DNA of 64,000 nucleotides from Oculina patagonica (Eukaryota): NCBI RefSeq assembly GCF_052425735.1, contig NC_135759.1, positions 44,702,001 to 44,766,000 of the forward strand, read 5' to 3'. Shown piece by piece: positions 1 to 13,000 of this stretch (position 1 is its first letter; each line of letters starts with the position of its first letter). The notes under the pieces were generated by a model. It saw only the letters and a program-made list of their open reading frames with translations, ran no database searches and was not told where the DNA came from. The position numbers and the translations under genes were made by a program.

Positions 1-2134
1 CTTTTTAATAGACCAACCGTAATTACTGCTTTTGTGTAAAAACTTTGAGCGTAGGCTATATGGAGGAAAGAAATCTCTGCTCTTTATTCCAGTCAATTTG
101 AGTTATTTTTTTCAAACATAGCTCTTAGTCGGCGTGATGGGTCGTGTAGTCAGTGGATGGGTCAGTGAAGTATGTTTGTTTGTCACACCAATCAGATTTC
201 AGGTACTATCGGAACCAATCAAATTGTAGTTTATAAAGGGGAGGCAATCTGACACAGTTGTAGTCAGCGATTTCGTTCGACGTTTTTAGATTAAAAGGAG
301 GCGAGTTGTGAATTAACCCCTGGATCAAAAACGTTTTTCGTACGCTCGCCTGGTTACAACGCACACGCCGTGAGCAAAAGGCCCAACACTAACTTGTTAT
401 TCGTCTTGTTCGAGCGTTCGTTTGGAGAGGCTACCTTTCCTGACCGCAGTAAATATTACACGTAACATTTGCACAAAGTAGATTTGAGGAATAATGTTGT
501 CATTACTTTTTCCGCCCGCTTTGCGAAGTTCGTTGGGAAATTGGAAAGTTTGTTACGAAGTTGCCAAATAGGTTGCGAGTTTGCGAATCAAATTGCGTGT
601 GAGCTTCGATACAAAGTTCCCAACTTCAACCCGAATTTATTAAAACCTTCTGTAATTATGTTATCAAAAAAGGCTTTGCTACGCTAAACTGTTAGAAACA
701 AATGTCATAAAAATAAAAAAACTTTAATGTTTAGCGAGCCGTAAACATTGTCTCGAACAAATTAGTCTTCCCTGTCGCGTCGCGTCGTCTTCGATTAAAA
801 TCAATTTTACATATGGGTAAACCATTCAGTTTCATCCGGTTTACAAACGCATAAGACTTGAAATTAAAGAAAGTGAAGATTATGCCTCGCAGAAATCGTT
901 TAATATGTGTTTTCATACAAAAGTTAAAATTTGACCAAATTTCTACATGCATAAAATTTATTTATCGGCAAATCACTTGCGTGAGCGAAACGTTATCTTG
1001 CAATTCAGCTACTTCACCCTGACAAGTTCAAAATCTCGAGTTTAGAAATCGCCATGACTCGAGCAACATGTCTTGTTTCTCCTCATCACCAGATGGAAAG
1101 TTAGTGGGCCGAAGTGGGAACTGATCGAAGTTCGCAATGATGCAAACCGCAACGTAATTAGCAACTCATAACCAAGTCCAATTCCCAGCAAACCGCAACG
1201 CGGGCGGCCAAAGTAAACTGAAATCAACTGTAAAACATATCGTTCAAACATTTAATGAACCGGACAAGATTAACTTTGCTGTTAAAAGCAACTACGATCA
1301 ATAGCAAAAACAGAATAAGAGCGTGCCATACCGTGACAATTTGATAACTCAATTAGTTCTTGTTTGTTGAATAGAATTTACGTTGTGAATGAACGAAAAT
1401 CTTTGTTGAACAGTTCTGACAGGAAACAAATACTCCAGGTGTCCTGCGCTTTAAAGAACTTTCCCGAAGAGAGTGTTTTTTTATTTGATTCGTTTATTAC
1501 TTCGTTTATTGTAGTACTTTTCGTTCAATGTCTATATGAGCTTATATGGAGTCGTGGCTTTTTCGAGAAAAACAAGAGTATCGTGTTACAAAAGAAAAAC
1601 AACAGGATCATGTTACAGTGTTCGGCAAAAAGCCAAAAAGTATTCCGTAACAAACAAAAGTAACACGTTACGGTTGCTACAAAGCTAGCAACAAAATAAC
1701 CACTTTAAACGGAATAAGAACGTGCAATAATGTGACATTTTGAGAGTTGAATTAATTTTTGTTTTTCAATTAAATGATGAAAATTTACGTATTGAATAAA
1801 ACAGTTCTGATGTATCAAAATGCACGTAAAAATTATTTTGTTTGCAAGCAAATATTGTGCAAAAAAGTGACTCCGTGGGCCGCCATACACAAATAGCTCA
1901 ACCCATGGCATAAACCTTCCCAACAGGACAATCACCCAGTTTCACCCCTAGCCACCCCATAAATTGAAAAAATAACTCCTGCACGCTTAGCGTGCCTATG
2001 TTTACATATTAGAAGTGATTTTTAAAGACGCTTTTCTCGCTTTTTTCTTATTTCGCATATGCACTTGCACTGCACTGCAGCCTACCAAACACTTGATCTG
2101 TACTCAGTGTTGTTTTCGGGAACAGAACATGCCC

Positions 2135-2268
2135 TTAAAATGCTTTATACTTACAAAGGTCACAAGTAACTCCACAGTAAATGGCCATGTTTAACTGGTT
2201 TTTAAGATTGTCACACATTCCCAATGACTTCCACTTGTCACAGTTTGGATCACGGTCACGACAAAATG
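2135..2268 (-). CDS. Exon: second ShK domain of the two-ShK gene
   Basis: TTTGTCTGTCAG acceptor; FCRDRDPNCDKWKSLGMCDNLKNQLNMAIYCGVTCDLC; not in the ORF track. Confidence 0.8.
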
Positions 2269-5200
2269 CTGACAGACAAAGGAAAAACACAACAGATAAA
2301 ACAGCAATAATGATAAATTATTACTATGATGTTCTCCTGAAATGAAATTTAGGGCTGACTTTCACTTTTTTATCGCATACTTTTTTGATTATTTCCAAAT
2401 TCAGTGTTTGCTCCCCATTTAATTGGCAAAGAGAAACAACTTTGCCTACTTGTTGATAACCTCGAGGGAACTTGAATTTTCGTGAAATTCTGTTCGCCGA
2501 AGCCAAGAAAGTATTACTGAACATCATAATGACATGGGAAAATCTCATTTGCATTTATTTTCAACACACTTAATTAATGTACGCGAATGCTACCAACTGA
2601 CGAGGTCTTCTGACGAAACTAGTTTTTAATTTGTAGTCGCGTATATTAATTAAGTGTGTTGAAAGTAAATGTATATGAGATTTTCCCATATCATTATGAT
2701 GAACTTGAATTTTGAAATATTCAAATATTCATATTAGCTTAGGAGCACAAGGACTTTGTATATACCACATAACTCATTTATAGTTCCCTTACAAGTATTG
2801 GTAAAGCACGCATTTCCTGTGATAAGTTATTTTTCAAACATAGGAAATTTTGTTTTCGTTTTACAGTGAGAACTTGATCGCTACACCCAGAATATGACAA
2901 AAAATTGATAGGTCACCATACTCGTTTACGTGAAAGAGACGATTTATTTTTCTCGCGGATTAAGCCGCATAGAAAAAAGCCGCCATTTTGTTAATGTGCG
3001 CGCTAGTAACGCGTAAAAAGTTTGCGCAGAAAGGTTGCGCAGTGCAATACAGGGCAATGTCCTTAAGGGAGCTTTAGACAACAAGTACGTCACGGCGGCT
3101 TATTTTGAAAAATTGGCCAAATTATCAAGTTTACTGTCTGTAACCCGACTTTAAACTTCTCTCAGTCGCAACCTTCTACGGATTAATAATCATCATGACA
3201 ACCTTCGCAAAACGGGCTTCTCGTTCACGCTCGTTACTTTTTAGTAACCGACAATCTATTTTTAGACCGAAATCGATTCCACTCGGCTTGTTAAAATAAT
3301 TTATTGCACGACAAGTAATCAACAGTCTAGGTATTTCAGCCAGAGTACCTGGAGGTGAAGGTGGCTTCGTGTTGGGATTCGGAGATGGTTCTGAAAGTAA
3401 AATAAGAAGTTAATTAAAATCTGTCATAAAAAGTCAACACTTAAAGTATTTGTATTTGTTACCTAAGTCTGAAAAAACATAGGTCAGTGCATCAGAAATA
3501 TAAAAGTGAAAAATGTGAGAGAATTAACTATTTGTTAAACAGACTGCTTTTCATTAGATTTCGTGACTTAAGGTGATTCCACGGTATTGCATTGCGCATC
3601 CTTTCTGCGCATAAGTTTTCGCGTCATTTAGCGCGCGCACGAGCGCGCGCGCACACAGAACACTACGAGATTTCCTTCAGGCTAAGCTCGGTAAGGAAAT
3701 AAATGGTCATTTTCTCTTAAACGAGCACGGTGACCCCCATTTTTTAATACATTAATTTAAATGTCATACGGTTGTCTACAATTTATCGCGATTTTAAAAA
3801 AAGTTTAAAATTCTACATTGGGATATTTTAATTTTAATGCCGTAAAAAACACGTTTTTAGGTAGTGCCGTTAACGTGCGCACGAAGCAAAATCTTAAATT
3901 TCTTTCCTTATATTATTTCCTGTACAATAAGAATAGTTTTTAATAGAAGATCAAAGTCTATTTTGTCGAACTAGACTAGTTCTTTAATGCAAAATGTTTT
4001 TTCTGGAAATAATAGCGATCCCCATTTGGATTACTAGGGTTCCTAATATATATCTCGCGGGTCGTATATTTGCTATAATGTCCATCCATTTTACACAAAA
4101 ACTAGCGCGGTGACCCCCATTTTTTATTTCATTTTTTTCATGCTCATAACATAATTGTAACCTGGACCAAGTTTCAGAAAATTTTTAATACTCCTTCTAT
4201 TTCAGTGGAATCACCTTAAAAGACGATTTTCCCAATTTACACACCCGCTTCCGTCTTTGGTCATAACGGACAACAACTGCAACGCGTTATTCGTTTACTT
4301 ACTTTTGTATATTTACTTTTATGAGCTCTAGAGTGCCACATTCCCCTTTTTTTTCAGATATCGTTAATTTTTCATTTATCTTTGTCTGAATGAAGCGAAG
4401 CGTAATGAAACAAAAGATTAATGGTTTCTTTAATTCCCAAGCACATGTGCATTTGTCAGAAGTATGTTGTAAGTGCCGGTACGAGATTATGCGAAGAAAG
4501 TGTGGAATGTAAAGTAGCTAGTATAAATACGCTAAACAGTAAACAAGTTTCATTGTGGATTTTCAACCTTAGCGGATTTGAAATCGCCTAAAGTCGCCTA
4601 AATTTAAATTTGTCTCCGTTACGATTTCAGTCTTTTATTTTCCTGATGATCGGCTCGTGTGAATTAGTGTATTTGTTTTTGTTTACTCATTTTCCTTGGC
4701 CGGGTCAGATGTATACAGGTTGGTTTTTTATTGTCCAAATGTAAACTATTGTTATTGTTTGTTTGCTGCCGTTTGTTGTATGCAAGGCTATGTGGGTTTG
4801 TTTTACAGTAAGTTGTTTTTTTTTTTTTCAATAAATGGGCTAAGAATTGTCTGCTTGTCCCACATTGAATTGTCTACTTTTCCCGCACCGCATTCTGTTT
4901 GTCAGTTTTTTGGGTGCAGGGAATTCAAGCCTTCTTTATGTTCCCGCTGTTTTTTCGTGTCTAATAGACAAAATTGTCTAGTAAATAAATCAAACCGCGC
5001 TCCTACAAATTTGAACACGAAACGCCATTTATCCCGGAATTGGAAACAGCTACGCATGGGCAGAATATAATTTATAACAAAATTACTGTCAGTCACTGGT
5101 GCGCAGGAGCAGACCGTTATTTGTAGGTAGTTCTTGACAGCTCACGTGGTGGGCTCTCGTCCAATTTAAAGGAAAGGAAAAATTTTAAAATTTTAGATTT

Positions 5201-6504
5201 TCTCTTGCTTAGTATATTACCTATTCCAGGTAGCAGACGGTTTTTCTAGAGCGGAACTTAAGATAAACTGAAGCAGATATTTTTCAAGGACAAATATCCG
5301 AGCATATATTTAAAGTTGAATGTGACGTGTTCAAATAATTTAAAACAACTTTATTACACAAGGCCCCTTGGAAGCATTTCGTTCGGGTCGCTTCATGGAT
5401 AGGCGCCAGCCTGATGGGCCCCTTGGATCGCAGACTTAATCTAGCTACTGCAGTCATTCTGTACAAAAACAATTAAATAAACCTGGATATTAAACAGTAC
5501 CTTTTTGTTCACCGTATGTCCTTAAAGTTAATCACTAAGATTAAGAAGAAAGATCATATGAATACAGTACCCGTTTCACAAGGTAGTTTGCATGATTTTC
5601 TGCAGTACTTTTCCATAAAAACTTGTTTCTTCGGATCTTTGCAGTCTCCAGCCGCGGCCCATGTGGGACAATAACCGGCCCACTTGGGCAGATCTCTTTC
5701 ACAAACTGTTACATAAAAAAAAAAACATTTTTTATTCAACTTATCATAGAAAATCTGACTTTTTGGAGGATTGAAATAATTATCCTTGGCATTCCTCGAT
5801 AAACCAACTGTTGTTACTCTATTTGGTTTGAATTTTATTCTATTTTATTATATTATTGTATGACATGGGCGTAGCATAACGTGACGTGGAATGGAATGGT
5901 ATGGTATGAAATGGTATTTTATTATGTATTATTTGATCTATTTACCTACGTTTTTTTTAATTAACTTACTTTTAATTTATTTTTATTCTCTTTTTATCTA
6001 ATTCTGGTTTTGTTTCATTTCTATTTATTTACTGAGAAATTAAAAATGGTAAAACAATAGCTGTACATACTTCCTTGATTAGGGGCTGGAGATTCTGCAA
6101 TGCAACAGAGATAACGTTATTATAGAGTAAGGAGATTTGCACTTAAAATTATCGTCTAGCACATGTAGATCATTAAACGTGTCTTTGGGAAAAGTTGGAT
6201 GTGACATTTTGCATTTTATTATATACGTACTGAGATTTACTCACCAAAAAGCCGCTAAGTAAATTTTCGTTCGAAAATCGATGTAAACCAATCAAAAGGC
6301 GCGTATCGCTTTTTTCACGTGCGAGGAAAATGATACGTCCAATCAGAAGCTGCGTATCATGTTTTTTGACGTGTGAGACGTATCAAGTTGAAGTTTTCAT
6401 TCAGGGCTGATTCAGGCGGCGTTTATCTTGAAATTTTCAAGTATTCCTCAGAAAAAAAAAATTAAAAACCCCCGGTTTTTTGGGGAAAAAATATGTCGAA
6501 GGGG

Positions 6505-6540
<36 letters not shown>

Positions 6541-8149
6541 AATAAAATTTTTTGTTTAATTTTTTTTAAAAAGAAAAAAAAAACGAGCTATATCACTAAT
6601 AGCTATAACTGAACGAGCATCTTGCAGGTTATCCGCTTCAGTTGGCTTGAATAATCAAAACAAAACGAGCCGAAAAAAGAAGGCCGTGGAAGCAAATACA
6701 AAGCTGCTGGACGTGCCGTTGTCCGATGAAGACTTTGATCTGCTTTACGATGTTTACGAAAATAACTCACTTGAACATGTTGGAGTATCTTCGACTGAAT
6801 TGTTCATTAAATGGGGCGTTCAATGAATTCAATGACAATCTCAGTACGTATATAATAAACACAATATCACATGGAAAGTGCTCTGTATGGTATTTACGCA
6901 CTCGTTGGTTTGTATCAGAAAACTCAACTCGTTCGCTCCGCTCACTCGTTCGATTTCTGATACTTGCTTTACCAACTCGTGCGTAAACACCGTACGCGCG
7001 CACTTTCCATGAAGTATTCTATATGAATATCATCATTTTAATTACTTTCAATCTCTATGAAACGAAGCGCTGTTTGGTAGGTATATAGGTCCATGTATAA
7101 TGAACTCTGCGCATCCATAATCAGCGGATGATTTAAAAAGGCTTAGAACTAAGCTATTAAGCGTGGGCTATTGTTAAGAATCTTGACGGGGGAACAGGGC
7201 TAACGTTCTCAATTACCAGTTTTAATATGGGTTATTTTTTAGTTATTAGTTAAATCCCCGGAAAAATTTGAGTGACTAACTTGACTTATGTCCAAAGCCC
7301 TAAGTGGGCATAGGGCCGGGAAAAATTCGAGTGGTTTTCGTAAATCTTAAAAGACCTCGTACTTTTTCAGAGATATTCGAAGTTATAACCCACCCAGTAA
7401 TTTTTGCGTCGCTTGACGCGTCACGTGGGACTCGACGACGGGACAGCGAACCGTCCGATGACCTCGCCGAGAGGCACACCGATGGTACCTCTAGCCCCCC
7501 ACTACTGCCACGTCGTGAGGCCTGAAGGGCGGGGCCCAGGCTGGATGAGGGAGCCCGCCGAGCCGCCCGCGCGACCCGCCCGGCACCCACCGGCCGAAGG
7601 GGTTTACTAAATATTCGTCAGGTCGACATGTCTTCGTCAAGTCAGAAGATCTCAGAAGATATTCCATAATTTTTCGGCAGATCTTTGACTACACAGCCCG
7701 TGATGATAGTTAAATTAATCGTAAGGAAATAGGTAGTTCACAAATAACCGGAACCAGTGCAGCATAAACTATCAACCATGGAATTACTTTTAAAGCAATG
7801 CTTAGTGGCTTGGTCAAGTGATTAAAGGCGCCTTTTTTTAATCTGGAGCTCTCGTGCTCTCACCGGTAATTCTCAAAAACGCGAAAGAGCGCTTGTTTAC
7901 GCAGGCTAGTTCGGCAGCGATAACCTGCGCTTCTATCAGTTGTAATAATGAAGCAAAAAAGAAAAACAACAAACAAGGCATGCTACAAACTAAACCTAAA
8001 AAAACTGGCATCGCTTTAGATGGCACTCTTCCAAGAATCTTATGCCGTCATAAAGTGGTCTAAACTAATAATTATAAACAAAGCTTCTCACCATAACTGA
8101 AGTCAATGAAGACACAAAGCAGCAACAGGAACATAGTATAGTTTCTCAT
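2135..8149 (-). CDS. Secreted two-ShK(ShKT)-domain protein, about 130 aa, 5 coding exons (toxin-like)
   Basis: Hand-spliced phase-1 exons with AG/GT sites: 8149-8092, 6094-6071, 5705-5571, 3390-3349, 2268-2135. Open frame: MRNYTMFLLLLCVFIDFSY-ESPAPNQG-ICERDLPKWAGYCPTWAAAGDCKDPKKQVFMEKYCRKSCKLPCET-EPSPNPNTKPPSPP-AFCRDRDPNCDKWKSLGMCDNLKNQLNMAIYCGVTCDLCKYKAF*. Two six-Cys ShK patterns (the first ends CxxxCxxxC, the second CxxxCxxC). The 3' end is uncertain because a GTAAGT donor at 2154-2149 could be used. Confidence 0.75.
2481..2700. mobile_element. Short fold-back insertion with a central hammerhead motif (PLE/retrozyme-related)
   Basis: About 65-bp inverted arms at 2522-2586 and 2637-2701; GAACTTGAATTTT directly repeated at 2468-2480 and 2701-2713 (candidate TSD). 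Confidence 0.55.
2591..2636 (+). ncRNA. Minimal type I hammerhead ribozyme motif
   Basis: CTGACGA-G-GTC ttct GAC-GAAA-CTAG-TT; palindromic stem III (ACTAGT); proximal stem I is weak. Confidence 0.55.
3349..3390 (-). CDS. Exon: 42-nt Pro-rich linker micro-exon
   Basis: TTTCAG|..|GTACTC, symmetric phase 1, (E)PSPNPNTKPPSPP. Confidence 0.7.
3572..4215. mobile_element. Non-autonomous DNA transposon, Kolobok-like
   Basis: TIR GGTGATTCCAC/GTGGAATCACC, flanked by TTAA on both sides. Confidence 0.7.
5571..5705 (-). CDS. Exon: first ShK domain of the two-ShK gene
   Basis: CERDLPKWAGYCPTWAAAGDCKDPKKQVFMEKYCRKSCKLPC, within ORF 5554..5739; TAACAG acceptor, GTACTG donor. Confidence 0.85.
6071..6094 (-). 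CDS. Exon: 24-nt micro-exon
   Basis: TTGCAG|..|GTATGT, symmetric phase 1, (E)SPAPNQG. Confidence 0.6.
6216..7022. mobile_element. Non-autonomous element with asymmetric subterminal inverted repeats (Crypton-like)
   Basis: TTATTATATACGTACTGAGATT (about 6216) is inverted at about 6836-6857; terminal hairpin ATGGAAAGTGC..GCACTTTCCAT; TA-rich ends. Confidence 0.45.
8092..8149 (-). CDS. Exon: signal peptide of the two-ShK gene
   Basis: ATG..MRNYTMFLLLLCVFIDFSY G|GTGAG; resembles the signal exon of the VWA genes (MGNFTCSFLFLVFLLICDSY G|GTAAG). Confidence 0.7.
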
Positions 8150-8329
8150 CTTTCCTTGCTTCTGTAATTAAGAACCGATCGTGTTCAAGGGCAGTTTCAT
8201 ATGAACGGAATGAACTGGTCCCAGTGACATTTATAACAAACAACATTTAAAACAGTATTGGGTATTGTACGTACGCCAGAATAAATTCGGTTATAGATAC
8301 TGTTTCTGTGGGTTATTATAAATTTAATA

Positions 8330-10090
8330 TAGTTCAACTTCCGATACACGCACGGTTACGATATTGTGTAATTATTGTTTTTAAGATACAGTCAAGAAGG
8401 ATAAGTTACTTGCTATTTGCTTATACTTTGCACACAAAACTAATGTTACAGTATAACTGAGAAGAAATTAATTTATCAACGAAGTTGTTACACAAATAGT
8501 CATTGTTATCAGCACTGCCATATTTTTTCATTGTCGACGATATTGTATAGACTTTTATCGTGGGAAAACGATGTGTGGTTGTACAAAATTAGATGCTAAA
8601 ATATAAAATGTCGACATTATTATCAACACGATTGTTATCAACATGTCGCAGTTTTAGCCCACTATGTTGACGCTGTTGGAATTCTGTCCAACATCACTGA
8701 TGTTATCGTTACTGTGCTTGTTCAGAATGTAAGCTTAGTGCAGAGATAAATGCATTTATTCTTTCGCGCACGTATTCAAGTTATATAATACTGGATAAAG
8801 TGGCAATTTGTTCAAACTGTTTCCTCTCACTTATTAAATTTGAGGGAGAGGGCTGTTTTTTAGTTGGCTTCAAGACACCTGTTTTGAGGGGTCAGCTGCT
8901 TTTTTCAAGTCTTATGCTGGATTTCAAGTGGAACATTTTTTCGCGCATGGGCATTGTGTTTTGCTAACTTTTAAGAACCAGTCGACTGTGTTATTACAAA
9001 TCACCCGCCACCCACGAAATTTCCACGTGCTACCCGCGGGATAAAATACTTCTGTTTATTCTTCGTTGGCATGATAATCGGGCTTGCAGTGATAAAATGT
9101 CAGCGAACGACGTGATGGTAAGCTCTTGCGAGAAAGTTGTGAAGGTTTAAAACGATGCATCGTCTGTATGTCCTTGAAGTTTGCACTTTAATACACCTTA
9201 TCGTCAAATTAATGCCAGATATTTCACCTGCGCCTCATAATACTCCGACTGTCTAGTTTGCTGCCACAGAACAATAAAAATCAGTGTATTTCATCAGGAA
9301 CCTATAAGAGTTATGAGCTTCTGGTTTTGGTGAACAATATGTAATAAATACGTTGGTTTCTTTCATGGGCGTGAATGATTCTCAAACAACAAATTTAGAA
9401 GAAGACATATTTACATAAATTGAAACCTAAAAATAATGGTCTAGCTTTGTTAAAAATGACTATATTAGTCTACTGAAGTAACAAAAAAGATATTACCATG
9501 AGTTATATAAGCATGAGATTTTAATCGCAAATTAAAAAAGTCGGGCAGACGTTTTCAAATTCTACCTTTGTGTCTTGGTAAATCGCTAAAAACGTCTTAC
9601 ACTTTGCTCTCCCTTGAGTGATTCACTTAATATCTTCATCTCGTGAATGAGCGAAGTTACTTGATCGTAATTTTAGCTTCGTTATACCATAAATGCAACA
9701 AAATCCCCCTGACAGCGCCCCTTGGAGTGTTAAACTGTGTACACCCATAGATTTTTTTTTAGGTGATAAACATTTGAACAATATCGTACGACGATGACAA
9801 ATATGCAACATTGCTGATAACAACAGCGTTGATAGATCGTTCTCAGGCCAAGTGAACGTCTATACAATATCGTCAACAATGACAAATATGAACCATTGTT
9901 GATAACAATGACTATTTCTGTCAGTCTTAAAACAAAAAAATCTTCGTCAACAATAAATTTTCTTGTAAGATAAGTTTTGTGTGCTAGCGATGAAAACATA
10001 AGAAATGACTTATCCTTGTTAACTTTATTTTCTCGAAAAAATGATTAAAATGATATCGCAACTAGAGGTGAGTTCGGAAGTTAATCTTTG
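8330..10090. mobile_element. Old fold-back/MITE-like element with long degenerate terminal inverted repeats
   Basis: About 8336-8552 is an imperfect reverse complement of about 9858-10083 (e.g. CATTGTCGACGATATTGTATAGAC / GTCTATACAATATCGTCAACAATG). Confidence 0.55.
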
Positions 10091-13000
10091 TTATAATATA
10101 GACTGATTTCCGGGAAAAATCACCCAAAGGCTAGATAGGCTATATTTATCAAAACTATGATCTATAACCGAATTTATACTGTCGCAGTTATCGACTTCAT
10201 TGGGATTGAAGCAATCGATTCTTAATTGCAGAATGAAGCAAATATGAGAAACCTCACTTCGTTCAATTAGACTTTGTTAACCTCCTATTTCCAGCAAATA
10301 ACAATTCACACTTTTGTTTTCCTGGATTGTTGTTGTCTTAACCATACTAACATTGACTGCTAAAACCTGAAATTCGAAGCTTTTTTTATCACTGGCAAAA
10401 CATATTGAGCTGAAATGTAGTGGTGATCAGCACAACAGGTAGCAAATGTTCTAGTACGTTCTTCTTCCAAAATCTTAAATCTTGCATGTATGCAGCATCT
10501 AGTATTTCTTGTGAACACACAAGGAGAAGAAAGCACTAAACAATCTATATTGCAATTCTGTAACAATGTATGTTAAATCGCTACGTCACTGACAACGCAT
10601 CATTTTTTTTTTTTTTTTTTTTATCTGTCTTATTTTTCGTCAGTCGAAACCATTCTTGGTTATTCTCGCCTTTTTATCACTCATTTGATGTTTTCCTAAG
10701 TTAAAAAAACTATTATTTGAGGTTTTCCTCACTTTGGAGGTGATCCGAAAAATGAGAATGCGAAACTTCGACAGACTCTTAAAGCTTCAATACTACAGCA
10801 GATTGGTTTGCAACGGAATTGAACGAAGACGAATTTTAATTAATCGGTAAATCTGCTTATCGTGGCTAACTTTCTAAACCTCACCTGCTGGTCAGGTTCT
10901 TCTTGTTTACAACAGCCACCCAATAAACTGTGTGGTGTTGATCGAATACAATTTGGGTTACATTGATTATGCAGTCCCCATAATTTTTCTAGGAAATTTT
11001 GTTCTGGATGATAATAAGGAAATGAGGAAAGCCTTTTCTTAATAATCAATCATCTACAGCAAATGGGAAAATAAGGCAACGATTCTTGTAATCTGATTAC
11101 GTACGCTTATATATTGCTTTTTACAAACTGGAATAAATCAGTGATTAACATTATTTTTTCTGCCTCTGTTTAATATGCGAACATTTTACTGACTGTATAG
11201 CTTTACTCGGGATTTGTTTTGCAATTGAAGACTTTCTGCTTTTAGTACAATCTAAAGTAAAAGTAAGTAAAACTAAATGTGTTCACACGCAACTAATTAT
11301 GGTGAAAATTTATGTCTACGTTTACATCATGTTTTAAATGCACACCAACTCATTGGGGTAAGTGGGTCTTTATTGCCTATAGACCAAACGCGATTCCCCC
11401 CTTAACGGGGAGAGGAATACATTTATACTTAACGAAAAAAAATTGATTCGCTAACGCACTTATAATGTTGTTTGCTTGCTGACCGCTTAGGAAATGAATA
11501 GAGGCATGGGACTCGCCGTCTTTTTACTGCCTAGGCGTGGCGTGGAATTTCCGCCGCGGTATTTAATTGTGATGAACAGGTCTATCACTCACAATAAAAC
11601 TTAATACCTTAGCGCACGCGGGTGTGCGACTTTCGATAGCATAAGTTCCAACATAAACCGTTAAAATTCATAAAACGTCTGTACCAACAAGCCTTATCAA
11701 TAAAGCACATCTGGTGGAAGCCTAAATATATTTACAGTCTAATTGATTGCGGTCTTGTAAAGAATCCCTTGAAAAACTGTGTTTGCCTTTGACAAAAGCG
11801 TAGTTACTACATTAAAAAGACGCATTGCTAAAAGTCATTTTTCAAAATCGCAGGTTGAGACTCCAATATACTAATGAATGGCCATCCTTCAATGATAAGA
11901 TAAAGAGAAGATAACTGGGCAAAATAAATAAATAAATAACATTCGTTTAGGTAATTATTGCTTGTTCATAATTTTATGTTTTCATCTAATATACTGCTTG
12001 TGTAACTTAATTAATGATATTAGTATACCTAAATTATTGTTTACAATAGCTTGCTCAAAAATTATTGGCCATATGGGTGAAGGGTGAAGGGGGGGACCTA
12101 GGAGACCTCCCCCTGATCTGCGACTTGTGCAATGCCCTTTAACTCCTCTTGTTGCATGAAGGGAGTTTCTGATTTTTGACAATTGCAGTACGGCTCTTAT
12201 TTGAAGAGTATTGATAGAAAGTTCCTACGGGCTACGGAAAGAGCTTAGCCTTACAACTGTTGCTTGGGTATTCATCGTAATCGTGCACAGGATGAATTCC
12301 CGCCAATCCGGGTATGTGTCCTCCGCAAGCGAAGACCAGGTGAAGCCAGGCCACTGGAAAAGGCGAGACGAGGGGAAAACAAAGACAGAGAGAGAAGGAA
12401 GAAAGGGAACTGCCTGCAGGCCAGACAAAACATTGGCTGTGTGTGAGAGGTGCAACACTGTTCTTGGCAAGAGAAGAGTCTAGGAAAAGCGTGATTCACT
12501 AGTCTGTACTGAAAAGTAGTCAAGAGTCCAAAAATCAGTGAAGTATGCTAAAAGCTGACAGACACATCATAACAAAATATTTTTCCTCTTTGTTTAGACC
12601 AAACAGATGAAGCCTTGAGGCTTCTTCGTGATGAGAACTCTTTCACAAGGCTTTTGCACTAAACTTGAAGCTGGTTGCAAATGTTTGGCTTGTTCACAAT
12701 AATAAGTGCCCAATGATTGTTAACTAAAAGAGCTGCAGACATTTTCTTTATTAAGACTTGCATATACATGTAGTACCAAAAATTTAAAGTCAGTGGAGTG
12801 TATGCTGGACAGCTCTTTTAATTAACAATCGCGCTTCACGCTCGAACTTCCCTTCTCCCTTCCCTTCGAACGCCGGCCATGCAGGCTACTTTTAGATTAT
12901 AAAATGTAAAACAGAAAGGAACAGAATATGTTTGGTTGGATGGAAACGGTAATCCAACACTCGTTACAAGTTATATTCTACCATGTTTATACAGCAAACC

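Noticed and set aside
6245-7981. Alternative signal-like ORF MPCLLFFFFASLLQLIEAQ (7981-7925), or an 8-nt micro-exon (7932-7925), paired with a 10-nt micro-exon (6254-6245) that restores phase
   Set aside because: The hydrophobic run is probably just a polypyrimidine tract, the donor is weak, and the 10-nt candidate lies inside a transposon-like element. It cannot be supported without RNA data.
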